NCBI GenBank assembly: GCA_963728565.1
Contig: CAVSLC010000002.1
Span: 64,001-128,000, forward strand
DNA length: 64,000 nucleotides
From: an uncultured delta proteobacterium
GTDB lineage: Bacteria; Desulfobacterota; Binatia; UBA9968
Reading direction: 5' to 3'
In this document: positions 39,716 to 48,697 of the stretch, in pieces
How positions within the stretch are numbered: the first letter of the stretch is position 1
Layout of the letters: every line of letters starts with the position of its first letter
The notes under the pieces: model-generated
The model's input: only the letters and a program-made list of their open reading frames with translations
The model's database searches: none
What the model was told of the DNA's origin: nothing
Translations under genes and position numbers: made by a program

Positions 39716-41416
39716 ATGGAATCTTACCTGAATCTTGCCGAACGTTTAGTTGAACGACGAATGCTTTCTGACGACGAGTTGGAGCGGGTTGTGAAATTAC
39801 AAAACGAACAGCCAGCTTCTTTGACGCGTCTCATGGTTGAGCTCGGATTTGTTTCGGAAGACGATCTTCTGCCTGTGCTCCGCGATCACTTCAACATCCC
39901 ATTGCTGGCTCTGCGCGAAATTCCAGCCGTGCCGCTACCGATCGAATTTTCTGCAAACTTGGGCGAATTCCTAAAAACCGCGCGAATGGTTCCGGTGAAA
40001 GTAGAAGGACGCGATCTGATCGTCGCCACCAGCGACCCGTTTGATATAGCGCGGCTGCATGCTCTCGAAGTCGCGTCAGGATTGCGAGTGACGCCAGTTT
40101 TGGCAAAGGAAAAGGAAATCTCTGCCCGTATCGAGGCGTTATTCGGCAGCACTACTACGTCCGATAACACTCAAAGCGCCGTCGGCCGCGAAATCGAGGG
40201 CGCGGTTGACGAAGAGGATGTTGCTCATTTACGCGACATGGCATCAGAAGTGCCCGTGATCCGTTTGGTTAATCAAATGCTCGTGCGCGCATTAGAGAGC
40301 CGTGCATCGGACGTTCATATCGAGCCATTTGAAAACCAGCTAAAAGTTCGTTACCGAATAGACGGTATTTTGCACGAAGTCGAACCGCCGCCGCGGCAGC
40401 TTAAAGCTGCGGTTGTCTCCCGTCTTAAGATCCTCGCTCAGCTCAATATTGCGGAACGCCGCTTGCCGCAGGATGGCCGGATCAAGATCAGATTAGCGGG
40501 AAAAGACGTTGATTTACGTATCGCTACGGTTCCGACGCTTTACGGCGAGAGCGTGGTCATCCGCCTGCTCGAGCGCGGGCAAATCTTTACGCAGCTCGAG
40601 ACCATCGGATTCCCCTCGGATATATTGAACTATTTCAACGGCATGATTCTCAAGCCCCATGGCATGATACTCGTCACCGGACCGACGGGAAGCGGCAAAA
40701 CGACGACGTTATACGGCGCGTTGCAGAAGATCAATGATCCGGGAAAGAAGATTATCACCATCGAAGATCCTGTTGAATATCAACTGAGTGGAGTCAATCA
40801 GATACAGGTCAAGCCGCAAATCGGGTTGACATTCGCCAATGGGCTTCGTTCGATTGTGCGACAAGATCCAGACGTTATCATGGTCGGTGAGATTCGCGAT
40901 GCCGAGACGGCGGAAATCGCGGTGCAAGCGGCCCTAACAGGCCACTTAGTCTTTTCGACATTGCACACCAACGATGCTGCCGGAGCAATTTCCAGGCTAC
41001 TGGAGATGGGTGTTCAAGACTACTTATTATCATCCTCTCTGCTAGGTGTGCTGGCGCAAAGATTGGTGCGGCGGCTATGTAAGACGTGCCGCAAAGAGGT
41101 TTCGTTCTCGAACTTTGATAGCAATGAGCCGGAACTTAGTCTGCCCAGCGGAAATCTGCCGGAGCAGGTTTGGGAAGCCGTTGGTTGCAACACCTGCAGC
41201 GGCACCGGTTATCTAGGCCGAGTCGGAATATTTGAATTACTGCCAGTGACTTCTGAGATCTGCAAAATCATCGTTCAACGCGCCGATGCCGGAACGATTC
41301 GCAGTCTTGCCGTCCAACAGGGAATGCGCCTGCTGAGAGATGATGGCTGGGAAAAGGTTCGCCATGGCGTCACCACAGTTGCGGAAGTGCTCAGAGTGAC
41401 AAGGGAAGAGGCGTAA
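39716..41416 (+). CDS. gspE: Type II secretion ATPase
   Basis: ASDVHIEP, RLPQDGRI, GPTGSGKTT, TIEDPVE, RQDPD, STLHTN, CxxC...CxxC zinc motif. Confidence 0.95.
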   Translation: MESYLNLAERLVERRMLSDDELERVVKLQNEQPASLTRLMVELGFVSEDDLLPVLRDHFNIPLLALREIPAVPLPIEFSANLGEFLKTARMVPVKVEGRDLIVATSDPFDIARLHALEVASGLRVTPVLAKEKEISARIEALFGSTTTSDNTQSAVGREIEGAVDEEDVAHLRDMASEVPVIRLVNQMLVRALESRASDVHIEPFENQLKVRYRIDGILHEVEPPPRQLKAAVVSRLKILAQLNIAERRLPQDGRIKIRLAGKDVDLRIATVPTLYGESVVIRLLERGQIFTQLETIGFPSDILNYFNGMILKPHGMILVTGPTGSGKTTTLYGALQKINDPGKKIITIEDPVEYQLSGVNQIQVKPQIGLTFANGLRSIVRQDPDVIMVGEIRDAETAEIAVQAALTGHLVFSTLHTNDAAGAISRLLEMGVQDYLLSSSLLGVLAQRLVRRLCKTCRKEVSFSNFDSNEPELSLPSGNLPEQVWEAVGCNTCSGTGYLGRVGIFELLPVTSEICKIIVQRADAGTIRSLAVQQGMRLLRDDGWEKVRHGVTTVAEVLRVTREEA

Positions 41417-41467
41417 CGGATTCACTCGTCAGGTTTCTGTCAGATTTCGCAGAGTGTCTGAGAGTAG

Positions 41468-42691
41468 ATGGCGTTCTACCAATATCGGGCCGCGGATCAC
41501 GCAGGCAAGATCGTCGAGGGTATCATGGAGGCTGAGGCCGAGCAGGGAGTTGTGTTGCGCCTCCACGAGATGGGCTGCATTCCGCTGCGCATCGGTGCTT
41601 CCGCCGAGAGTGGGGCGGTAGTTTCACAGGCGCGCTTGCCGCTGTTTTCAAAGCGCAAAATCAGCCAACAACAATTGCTTCAATTCACACAGGAGCTGGG
41701 GACATTGCTTGCTGCCGGCTTGCCGCTCGACCGCAGCCTGTCAATTCTTGGGAACCTAATAGAAGGAGAAGAGTTTAGCAAAGTCATGCGCACGCTCCTT
41801 GAGGCCGTGCGCGCCGGAAAATCACTGGCTGCTTCCATGGGAGAACATTCGGATGTCTTCCCAAAAATCTACGTAAATATGATTCGAGCTGGGGAATCCG
41901 GGGGAATTCTCGAAGGAGTGCTGCGTTATTTAGCTGAGTACATGGAGCGTTCGCTGGCGCTCAGGGAAGATCTCAAGTCGGCGCTTATTTACCCTGTGAT
42001 TCTGGCGAGCGCGGCCGGAGTTTCATTGATAGTGCTATTCCTTTACGTGATCCCGCGCTTTGCTGTGATCTTTAAAGATGTAGGCCAGGCGGTTCCTTGG
42101 ATTACACGAGTCATCATTGGCCTGAGCACTTCATTGACTGAGTATGGTTGGCTAATCGCTATCGCGGCGATTGCCGCTGTCGCCGCGGCAGTATTTTACT
42201 TGCGCAACCCCGAAGCGAAAACGGAGTTGGACCGGGTTTCTTTGCGCATCTGGTTAGTCGGCGACCTGGTTCGGAAGTTTGAGACGGCTAGGTTCTCCCG
42301 CACTTTATCGGCCCTGCTAAAAGGCGGCGTGCCGCTTCTCGAAGCACTGGGCACCGTCCAAGGTGTTATGGGTAATAGATTGATGGCACGGGCGATCAAC
42401 CAAGTGCAGATCCGAGTTCGGGAAGGAAAGGGCATGGCGCGTCCTTTGGCGGAAAGCGGTTTTTTCCCACCGCTGGCGCTTAACATGATTGCTGTGGGCG
42501 AAGAGACTGGCAAACTGGAAACGATGCTCGGGGAAGTGGCGGGTTTCTATGATCAAGAGGTAAAGCGAACGACAAAAAGATTGACGTCCATCATCGAGCC
42601 GGTATTGATTTTGGGGATGGGATTGGTGATAGGTGTTGTCGTGATCTCCATGCTGCTGGCAATCTTTAGTATCAATGATTTACCATTCTAG
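41468..42691 (+). CDS. gspF: Type II secretion inner-membrane platform protein
   Basis: FTQELGTLLAAGLPL, AGESGG, ALIYP, VGEETG, EP. Confidence 0.93.
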   Translation: MAFYQYRAADHAGKIVEGIMEAEAEQGVVLRLHEMGCIPLRIGASAESGAVVSQARLPLFSKRKISQQQLLQFTQELGTLLAAGLPLDRSLSILGNLIEGEEFSKVMRTLLEAVRAGKSLAASMGEHSDVFPKIYVNMIRAGESGGILEGVLRYLAEYMERSLALREDLKSALIYPVILASAAGVSLIVLFLYVIPRFAVIFKDVGQAVPWITRVIIGLSTSLTEYGWLIAIAAIAAVAAAVFYLRNPEAKTELDRVSLRIWLVGDLVRKFETARFSRTLSALLKGGVPLLEALGTVQGVMGNRLMARAINQVQIRVREGKGMARPLAESGFFPPLALNMIAVGEETGKLETMLGEVAGFYDQEVKRTTKRLTSIIEPVLILGMGLVIGVVVISMLLAIFSINDLPF

Positions 42692-43112
42692 AAAATATCT
42701 TAATGATGCTAGAGGATTCACCCTCGTCGAACTGATCGTCGTCGTGATTATCATCGGTCTGCTTGCCGGGCTCGTGCTGCCGCAGTTCATCCGTCAGGAA
42801 GAGAAAGCAAAGCTCAGGACCACCAAGGCGCAAATCGAGCTTTTTGGGACTGCCCTCGATACCTTTCGTTTGGATGTTGGACGCTATCCGACCACCGATG
42901 AAGGCCTGCAAGCGCTTCGACAAAAACCCGGAGGACTGGAACGTTGGGATGGTCCCTATCTGCGAAAGGATCTGCCGTTGGATCCGTGGAGTAAGCCGTA
43001 CGCTTACCGAAGTCCCGGAGAGCACGGCCCTTACGACATTGTGTCCTACGGCGCTGATGGTACACCCGGGGGTGACGGCGATAATCGTGATATTACTAGC
43101 TGGGAAAAATAG
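42675..43112 (+). CDS. gspG: Major pseudopilin
   Basis: RGFTLVEL, LDVGRYPT..GL.AL, WDGPYL...DPW, SYGADG.PGG.G...DI. Confidence 0.95.
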   Translation: MIYHSRKYLNDARGFTLVELIVVVIIIGLLAGLVLPQFIRQEEKAKLRTTKAQIELFGTALDTFRLDVGRYPTTDEGLQALRQKPGGLERWDGPYLRKDLPLDPWSKPYAYRSPGEHGPYDIVSYGADGTPGGDGDNRDITSWEK

Positions 43113-43551
43113 TCGCGGCTTTTCTCTGCTCGAGTTGGTTCTCGTTCTGATGGTTCTCGGTCTGAGCGGGCTAGTGGTCCTACCGAACGTTGAGAAAGGA
43201 TTGCGAGACCGTGATTTGCGGCGGTCGGCGCTCGCTTTGGCCGCGGCTGCCCGCGATTTGCGCAGCCAAGCGCTTCACAAAGGGGTGCCGCAACGATTGG
43301 TTCTCAATGTGTCAGAGAGCACTTATCGGGTCGCGCGCAACGAAATCCATTTTCCTTCCAACGTAAAGATCGCCTTAGTTGCTGGCGCTCAAGTTCTGGA
43401 CGGTGGAAGCCGTCAGTTTTTATTCTTTCCTAATGGCAGCACGTTGGGCGGCCGAATTGATCTTACTAGCGGTGCTGATTCAACGTCATATTCGATTCGA
43501 CTTCACCCGCTCACTGGTAGTGTCGACGTGATGCGGGGCGATAGCTCGTGA
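43087..43551 (+). CDS. gspH: Minor pseudopilin H
   Basis: SRGFSLLEL prepilin motif and FFPNGS; GTG 43087 is in frame (the track ORF from 42763 is over-extended). Confidence 0.8.
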   Translation: MILLAGKNSRGFSLLELVLVLMVLGLSGLVVLPNVEKGLRDRDLRRSALALAAAARDLRSQALHKGVPQRLVLNVSESTYRVARNEIHFPSNVKIALVAGAQVLDGGSRQFLFFPNGSTLGGRIDLTSGADSTSYSIRLHPLTGSVDVMRGDSS

Positions 43552-43961
43552 CGCGTAGCAAATCATGCTTCGGTTCAGGCCGAGGCTTCACTCTGCTCGA
43601 GGTCGTGGTAGCCATGGCCATCGTCGGGCTTGGCGTAGTGACCCTGCTGGAAATCTTCTCCTCGGGTTTGCAACTCGGTGCCCGAAGTCGAGATAGAACT
43701 CAAAACGTTGCTTTTGCCCGTCAGATGATGGATCAGTTCCTGGCGCGGCGCACGCTTGCGGAAGGTACCGAACAGGGCACGACTGGCGACTCCCACCGGT
43801 GGCAGCTTCAGGTCCAGCCTGTCAGGCCCATTGACGGGCTGGTGTTGGGCAACGATTGGGAGCTGAAAGAAATAACTCTTGAGATGTTCGTACCGGAAAC
43901 AGGTCGCGAAAGGCCCGTCGAGCTTAGAACCCTGCGTCTGGTGAAGAAGGGAGATCGCTGA
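43548..43961 (+). CDS. gspI: Minor pseudopilin I
   Basis: RGFTLLEVVVA; gene order. Confidence 0.82.
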   Translation: MTRSKSCFGSGRGFTLLEVVVAMAIVGLGVVTLLEIFSSGLQLGARSRDRTQNVAFARQMMDQFLARRTLAEGTEQGTTGDSHRWQLQVQPVRPIDGLVLGNDWELKEITLEMFVPETGRERPVELRTLRLVKKGDR

Positions 43962-44599
43962 TGAAAGCATCGCGATGTCCCCGAAATTCGCTCGGCTTTA
44001 CCTTGATCGAAGTCGTTCTCGCGTTAAGTATTTTTGCTCTCATAGGAGCTATTTTGTACGGAGCTTTCTCGCTAAGTCATAGCGCTGTTGCAAAGTCGCA
44101 GGCTAGCTTCGAAGATAATCAAAAACTGCGATCGTTTACGGATTTGTTAGGCAGCTATCTCCGATCCGCATATCCTTATCGACAATCTGTTCAGGATACG
44201 GCGGTATTTTTTGATGGCCAGGAAGACCAACTCACGTTTGTGTCTTCAATCTCTCTGGCTATGGGTGGTCGGGGGATGTCAAAGATTCGCGTTGCCTGGG
44301 ATCCTGCTGAAGAGGGCGAGGGTCCGATCCAGCTCGAAGAAGAGGTGCCGGTGCGGTTTAACTTGAGCGAAGATCGTGATCCCGGCGGTCTGCGACACGA
44401 TCTGATTATACGAGAGCGAGTGAAAGATTTTCGGTTCGCCTATTTGGACCCAAAGAATGAAGACGAACGATGGGAGGAACGCTGGGACGGTAGAGAAAAG
44501 CTGGCGCTTCCGCGCGCCGTTCGCGTCAGCTATCGTAATCATGATGGCAAGGAAATTCGCTGGGTGTTTCCGCTGATGATTAGTGTTTTGGCGCAGTGA
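43961..44599 (+). CDS. gspJ: Minor pseudopilin J
   Basis: GFTLIEV...W.ERW...LPRAV; gene order. Confidence 0.82.
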   Translation: MKASRCPRNSLGFTLIEVVLALSIFALIGAILYGAFSLSHSAVAKSQASFEDNQKLRSFTDLLGSYLRSAYPYRQSVQDTAVFFDGQEDQLTFVSSISLAMGGRGMSKIRVAWDPAEEGEGPIQLEEEVPVRFNLSEDRDPGGLRHDLIIRERVKDFRFAYLDPKNEDERWEERWDGREKLALPRAVRVSYRNHDGKEIRWVFPLMISVLAQ

Positions 44600-45618
44600 A
44601 AATTGTGGAGTTTTTGAAAACCAAATTAGCCGGCGCCTCAAGCGAGCGTGGCGTCGCGCTTCTGATCGTTCTATGGATATTTATCTTTCTTTTTGTCGTG
44701 GCCTTTGATTTCAGCAGCGGTGTGCGCGAGGAGGCCATCGCAACGCATCGTTATAGCGACGACAATCAAGGCTATTATCTGGCGCTGGCAGGCTTTGAAC
44801 AGGGCCTATACGACTTTCTAAGTCAATCGCGGGGGTCTGAGTTACAGCCCGTCGACAAGCCAAAAGATGTCTTCGATGCCGGCTGGCGCGAGGCAACTCT
44901 CGGTAGCGGTACTTACCGCCTCCGGCTGGTGGACGAGAGCAGCAAAATAAATCTCAATCGAGCAGACGAGAATGTGCTGCGCCGCATTTTTTTCAATCTC
45001 GGGGTCGAAGAACCTCTCGTCGGCGTCTTAATCGATTCGATTCTGGATTGGCGTGATCAGGATGATCTTCATCGGAGTAATGGCGCGGAAGACGATTATT
45101 ACCTTTCCCTCAGTCCTGCCTATACCGCTAAGAACGGCGCCTTTGACAGCCTCGAGGAGTTGCTGTGGGTCAAGGGCGTCACCGCGAGCCTTTATTATGG
45201 TTACGATAGCAGCGGGACTCCAGCTGGCGATGCGCCACGGCCGGGTCTAAGAGAGATTTTTACCGTTGATAGTCCGATTGACCGCGTCAATCTCCGTACC
45301 GCCTCGGCGGCGGTTATTCACGTTTTGCTCGGCATACCACTGGAGAAGTGCCAGGCGTTCGTCGAGGAGAGAACGAAGCTCGCCGATAAGACCCTCGCGG
45401 ATCTGCTGCCGCTCCTGGGGGTTGGCTCTGGTGATGCGGCGCTACAGATGTTTATCTTCGCCAATCCCAGTATCGTCACCATTGAGGCTGAAGGTTATGC
45501 CAGTGAGTCGCGCCAGCCGCGGCGCGTTAAAGGAGTTATCCGCGCCGGCGGCAACCGCGGCTACGAGTTGACCCGCTGGGTGGACCGAGAAATTGGCTAT
45601 CCGACTGAGAGACAATGA
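44596..45618 (+). CDS. gspK: Minor pseudopilin K
   Basis: RGVALLIVLW, DESSKINLN, ILDWRD.DD, EELLWVKG, VNL.TA. Confidence 0.9.
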   Translation: MKIVEFLKTKLAGASSERGVALLIVLWIFIFLFVVAFDFSSGVREEAIATHRYSDDNQGYYLALAGFEQGLYDFLSQSRGSELQPVDKPKDVFDAGWREATLGSGTYRLRLVDESSKINLNRADENVLRRIFFNLGVEEPLVGVLIDSILDWRDQDDLHRSNGAEDDYYLSLSPAYTAKNGAFDSLEELLWVKGVTASLYYGYDSSGTPAGDAPRPGLREIFTVDSPIDRVNLRTASAAVIHVLLGIPLEKCQAFVEERTKLADKTLADLLPLLGVGSGDAALQMFIFANPSIVTIEAEGYASESRQPRRVKGVIRAGGNRGYELTRWVDREIGYPTERQ

Positions 45619-45682
45619 GGTATGATAGGCAACTTTTGTCTCTCAATGGCAAAAATTTCGGTGCAATTCCAAAAGTTAAACC

Positions 45683-47230
45683 ATGAACTTGTCTAATTCT
45701 ATTAGAAATCTTCCACGCGCCGACTTTCTCAGAAGTGTCGGAATTTACATCACGCGCGACAATCTGGTGTTGGTTCGGCTGCGTAAGAATTTTCTCAGCG
45801 TCACGCTGCTTGAACAGGAGCTGAGAGACCTACCCATCGGGGAAAACCGCCAAGCGATTTCGGAGTTAACCGGATGGATTGCTGAAGACGTGCGTGAGAT
45901 CGCGCTGAAAGCCGAACATGATTCGCGCGAGCGAGCGTTGCGTCAGGCGATTCTCTCGCTCTTGCCCCATTTCAGCGCCGGTAGGGACTCGCTCTATATC
46001 TGTGTCCCACAAGATCAGGCGATAGTGCAAACTATCTATCTACCGCAAGCCGCCGAGGCTAATCTTCAACAGGTGCTGGAATACGAGATCGAACGGCAAT
46101 TACCCTTCAATCGCGATGAAATTTTTTACGATTATCTGCCGATGGGAAAACGCGGCGATAAGATCGGCCTCTATCTGTTCGCCATTCCCAAGAAACATCT
46201 GGCCGGCGTAATGGACGTCTTAGGGTCGTTTGGCATCGTTCCGAGCGGAGTTGAAACGACCGCGACGGCTCTTGCGAATTATCTGCTTTTTTGCAAAAGA
46301 GACTTGGCCGGTTGCGCGGCGATCATTGGCGGCCCCGCAGATGATCGCGAATTAATCGGAGTTCGGGCTAGCCCCGCTGGTTGGACGCAAGCTCCTGAAC
46401 TGCTCTTCTCACACAGATTGCCCGACGCTGAGTGGGCCGAAGGCATCGGCAAGGAACTCATTGCCGAGTGTTTACGTCAAGCCCCAAAACTCTACGGCTG
46501 GGGAAACGCGGAGCACGTCTTTCATTCTGCTAACGGGGAAAAGCTTGAGTGCGAAGATCTCTGTGCTCTGGCAATCGAAAAACTTGGCGGTAGGGACCGG
46601 TTATCGGCTGCAACATTGCCGGCCGTTGGCGCGGCACTGCGCGGCGTTCGAGAAGCGCGCTTGGAGACCAACGTTCTTCGGCCAGCTGGAGCGGATCGCG
46701 GCGCACGGAACAATCTCTCGCGAATGAATTCATTGATGATCGGCTTGCTGGTTCTCTTGCTTTTGGGATGGGGAATTAGCTACCCGATCAAGGACGAATT
46801 ACGACTAAAGCAACTGCAGCAGGAGAATCACAAAACCGAACCTTCTGTGGAGGCTTTGCGCCGTGAGGAGGCCCAACTGCAGGCGGTGCGCAAGGAAGTA
46901 CAGTTTCTATCGGACATCGATCGACGTAAGGGCGAGGTGCTGCGCGTGCTTGATGAACTTTCGAAGGTGGTACCGACCGGCGCTTATTTGTCTAATTTCC
47001 GCTACCGCAATGGCGTCTTGGAAGTCCAGGGCAATGCCGAGAATGCGTCTACATTGATTCCGCTACTAGAGAAGTCGCCGCTCTTTGAGAATGTTGCGTT
47101 CAATGCCCCTTCAAACCGCGGCCGTGACAATCGGGAAACATTTTCGCTGAAAGCCGAGTTGGAGAAACAACCTAACAGCGGGAAATTGCCCCCCGCCGAT
47201 AAGTCTAAAGAGAAGGCTGGGAAGCTATGA
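45683..47230 (+). CDS. gspL: GspL/PilM-PilN-like assembly platform protein
   Basis: YEIERQLPF cytoplasmic domain, single TM, coiled coil, PilN-like C-domain (LEKSPLFENV). Confidence 0.75.
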   Translation: MNLSNSIRNLPRADFLRSVGIYITRDNLVLVRLRKNFLSVTLLEQELRDLPIGENRQAISELTGWIAEDVREIALKAEHDSRERALRQAILSLLPHFSAGRDSLYICVPQDQAIVQTIYLPQAAEANLQQVLEYEIERQLPFNRDEIFYDYLPMGKRGDKIGLYLFAIPKKHLAGVMDVLGSFGIVPSGVETTATALANYLLFCKRDLAGCAAIIGGPADDRELIGVRASPAGWTQAPELLFSHRLPDAEWAEGIGKELIAECLRQAPKLYGWGNAEHVFHSANGEKLECEDLCALAIEKLGGRDRLSAATLPAVGAALRGVREARLETNVLRPAGADRGARNNLSRMNSLMIGLLVLLLLGWGISYPIKDELRLKQLQQENHKTEPSVEALRREEAQLQAVRKEVQFLSDIDRRKGEVLRVLDELSKVVPTGAYLSNFRYRNGVLEVQGNAENASTLIPLLEKSPLFENVAFNAPSNRGRDNRETFSLKAELEKQPNSGKLPPADKSKEKAGKL

Positions 47231-47877
47231 AACAGCTTTGGGCAAGATTATCGAAGCGGGAACGTGGCCTGCTTGTAACCACCTTGCTAATCCTTTTACT
47301 CGTGCTCGGGCGTATTTCGGTGGTGAGTCCCTACATGGCTCATCGTGAGTGGGTACAAACCCAGCTGGAAATACAGCCGCAGCTTCTGGAAAAAAACTTG
47401 CGTTACATTGGACAAAAGGAACAATTGAGTGCTGCATTAGAAGCGGCACGAAACGACGTGAAGGCCCATGAGGCCAAGCTGTTGACGGGCGATACACCAT
47501 CGGTGAATGCCTCGGATTTGCAGGAAACCGTGCAAGGACTAGCGGCTAAGGAAGGTACTCAGGTGATTACCACACGGGTGCTGAATCCGGAAGCTACTGG
47601 AGCTTTTTCCAAGATTGCGATTCAAATGGAAGTCGGCGGTCAAGTCGAGCAGGTTGCTTCGCTTGTTCGCGGCATTGAGACCTCCCCCAAGCTTCTGGTC
47701 ATAGATGAAATCAATGTCCGTTCATTGTTTCGTCCTATCGGTTTGCCGCAACAACAAGGCGCCCAACCAACGGCACAAAATCTACGGGTTAGTATCACTG
47801 TCGCGGGCTTTGCACGCGGACAGGCCGCTGCGGCAAAATCGGACGCGCCAAAGGCGATGGTAGAGAAGGGCGTGTGA
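47227..47877 (+). CDS. gspM: GspM/PilO-like protein
   Basis: W.RLSKRER.LL N-terminus, TM, ferredoxin-like C-domain; gene order. Confidence 0.75.
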   Translation: MKQLWARLSKRERGLLVTTLLILLLVLGRISVVSPYMAHREWVQTQLEIQPQLLEKNLRYIGQKEQLSAALEAARNDVKAHEAKLLTGDTPSVNASDLQETVQGLAAKEGTQVITTRVLNPEATGAFSKIAIQMEVGGQVEQVASLVRGIETSPKLLVIDEINVRSLFRPIGLPQQQGAQPTAQNLRVSITVAGFARGQAAAAKSDAPKAMVEKGV

Positions 47878-48034
47878 GTAGCAGAGCACTGACCTGATTT
47901 TCTAAAATGCCATAGACTGCGTTCGGCAGATGGCGGTTATTTCCGAGAAAAGAAGCCCACGCTTCAAGACTAAAGGTGAACGAGGTTAGCGTGAGGTCTT
48001 TTGTTTACCTGAGAACCCCCTGGAGGATTTCGAA

Positions 48035-48682
48035 ATTTTAAAAAGGTCATCACTGCTCAGCATTCTTCTTTTGGTCGCCATAGGTCTGGTCGGCTGGCGC
48101 ATCTACAAAGTCTGGCAAGAGGAGCCGTGGAGTTTGCCGCAGCAGCCCAAGACGGCGGCTCCGTTAGCGCTTGATGAACAGCCAACCAACGCCAACCCGC
48201 CGCTGCCGGCGGTGAATCCGGATCTGATCATCAGCAAAAATCTCTTTGATCCGGAGCGGGGCGCAGGTGCAACTCGAGAAGCGGAGTTTAATTCTCGCTC
48301 TTTTCAACGAATCCGTAATATGGTCCTGCTTGGTACGGTAATTCTCGGCGAGAGCCGCTCGGCGATTTTGCAAGATCCGGCCACCCAATCGTCTACGCCC
48401 AATGCACCAGCCGCGCCGGTTGGGCCCATGCGCGTAAAACTTGGTGACAGTGTAGAAGGCTTTCGCTTAACTGAAATTGCCGACCGAAGAGTCGTCTTTA
48501 CCAAGGCTGGGTCGAGGGTCGAGGTTCTCCTAGACTATTTCCGGCGAGATGATCCGACATCCGGTCGAACAGTGACACCGCCAAGTCAACGCGTTGCGCC
48601 GGCGGTCGCGCCGAGAGTCGTTCCCAACCTGCCTAGAAGAGGAGCTCTTCCCGCTCCACCAAATCCAAATCCCGAGTCATAA
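48035..48682 (+). CDS. GspC-like protein (TM + HR domain)
   Basis: TM, NLFDPER, VLLGTVI...AIL...VKLGDSVEGFRLTEI; located before gspD. Start uncertain (ATT 48035 after GGAGG versus TTG 48071). Confidence 0.65.
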   Translation: MLKRSSLLSILLLVAIGLVGWRIYKVWQEEPWSLPQQPKTAAPLALDEQPTNANPPLPAVNPDLIISKNLFDPERGAGATREAEFNSRSFQRIRNMVLLGTVILGESRSAILQDPATQSSTPNAPAAPVGPMRVKLGDSVEGFRLTEIADRRVVFTKAGSRVEVLLDYFRRDDPTSGRTVTPPSQRVAPAVAPRVVPNLPRRGALPAPPNPNPES

Positions 48683-48697
48683 CCAGCAGGAGGATTG

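Noticed and set aside
42763-43086. Long N-terminal extension of GspH in the ORF track
   Set aside because: It overlaps gspG out of frame; the prepilin motif implies a start near 43087.
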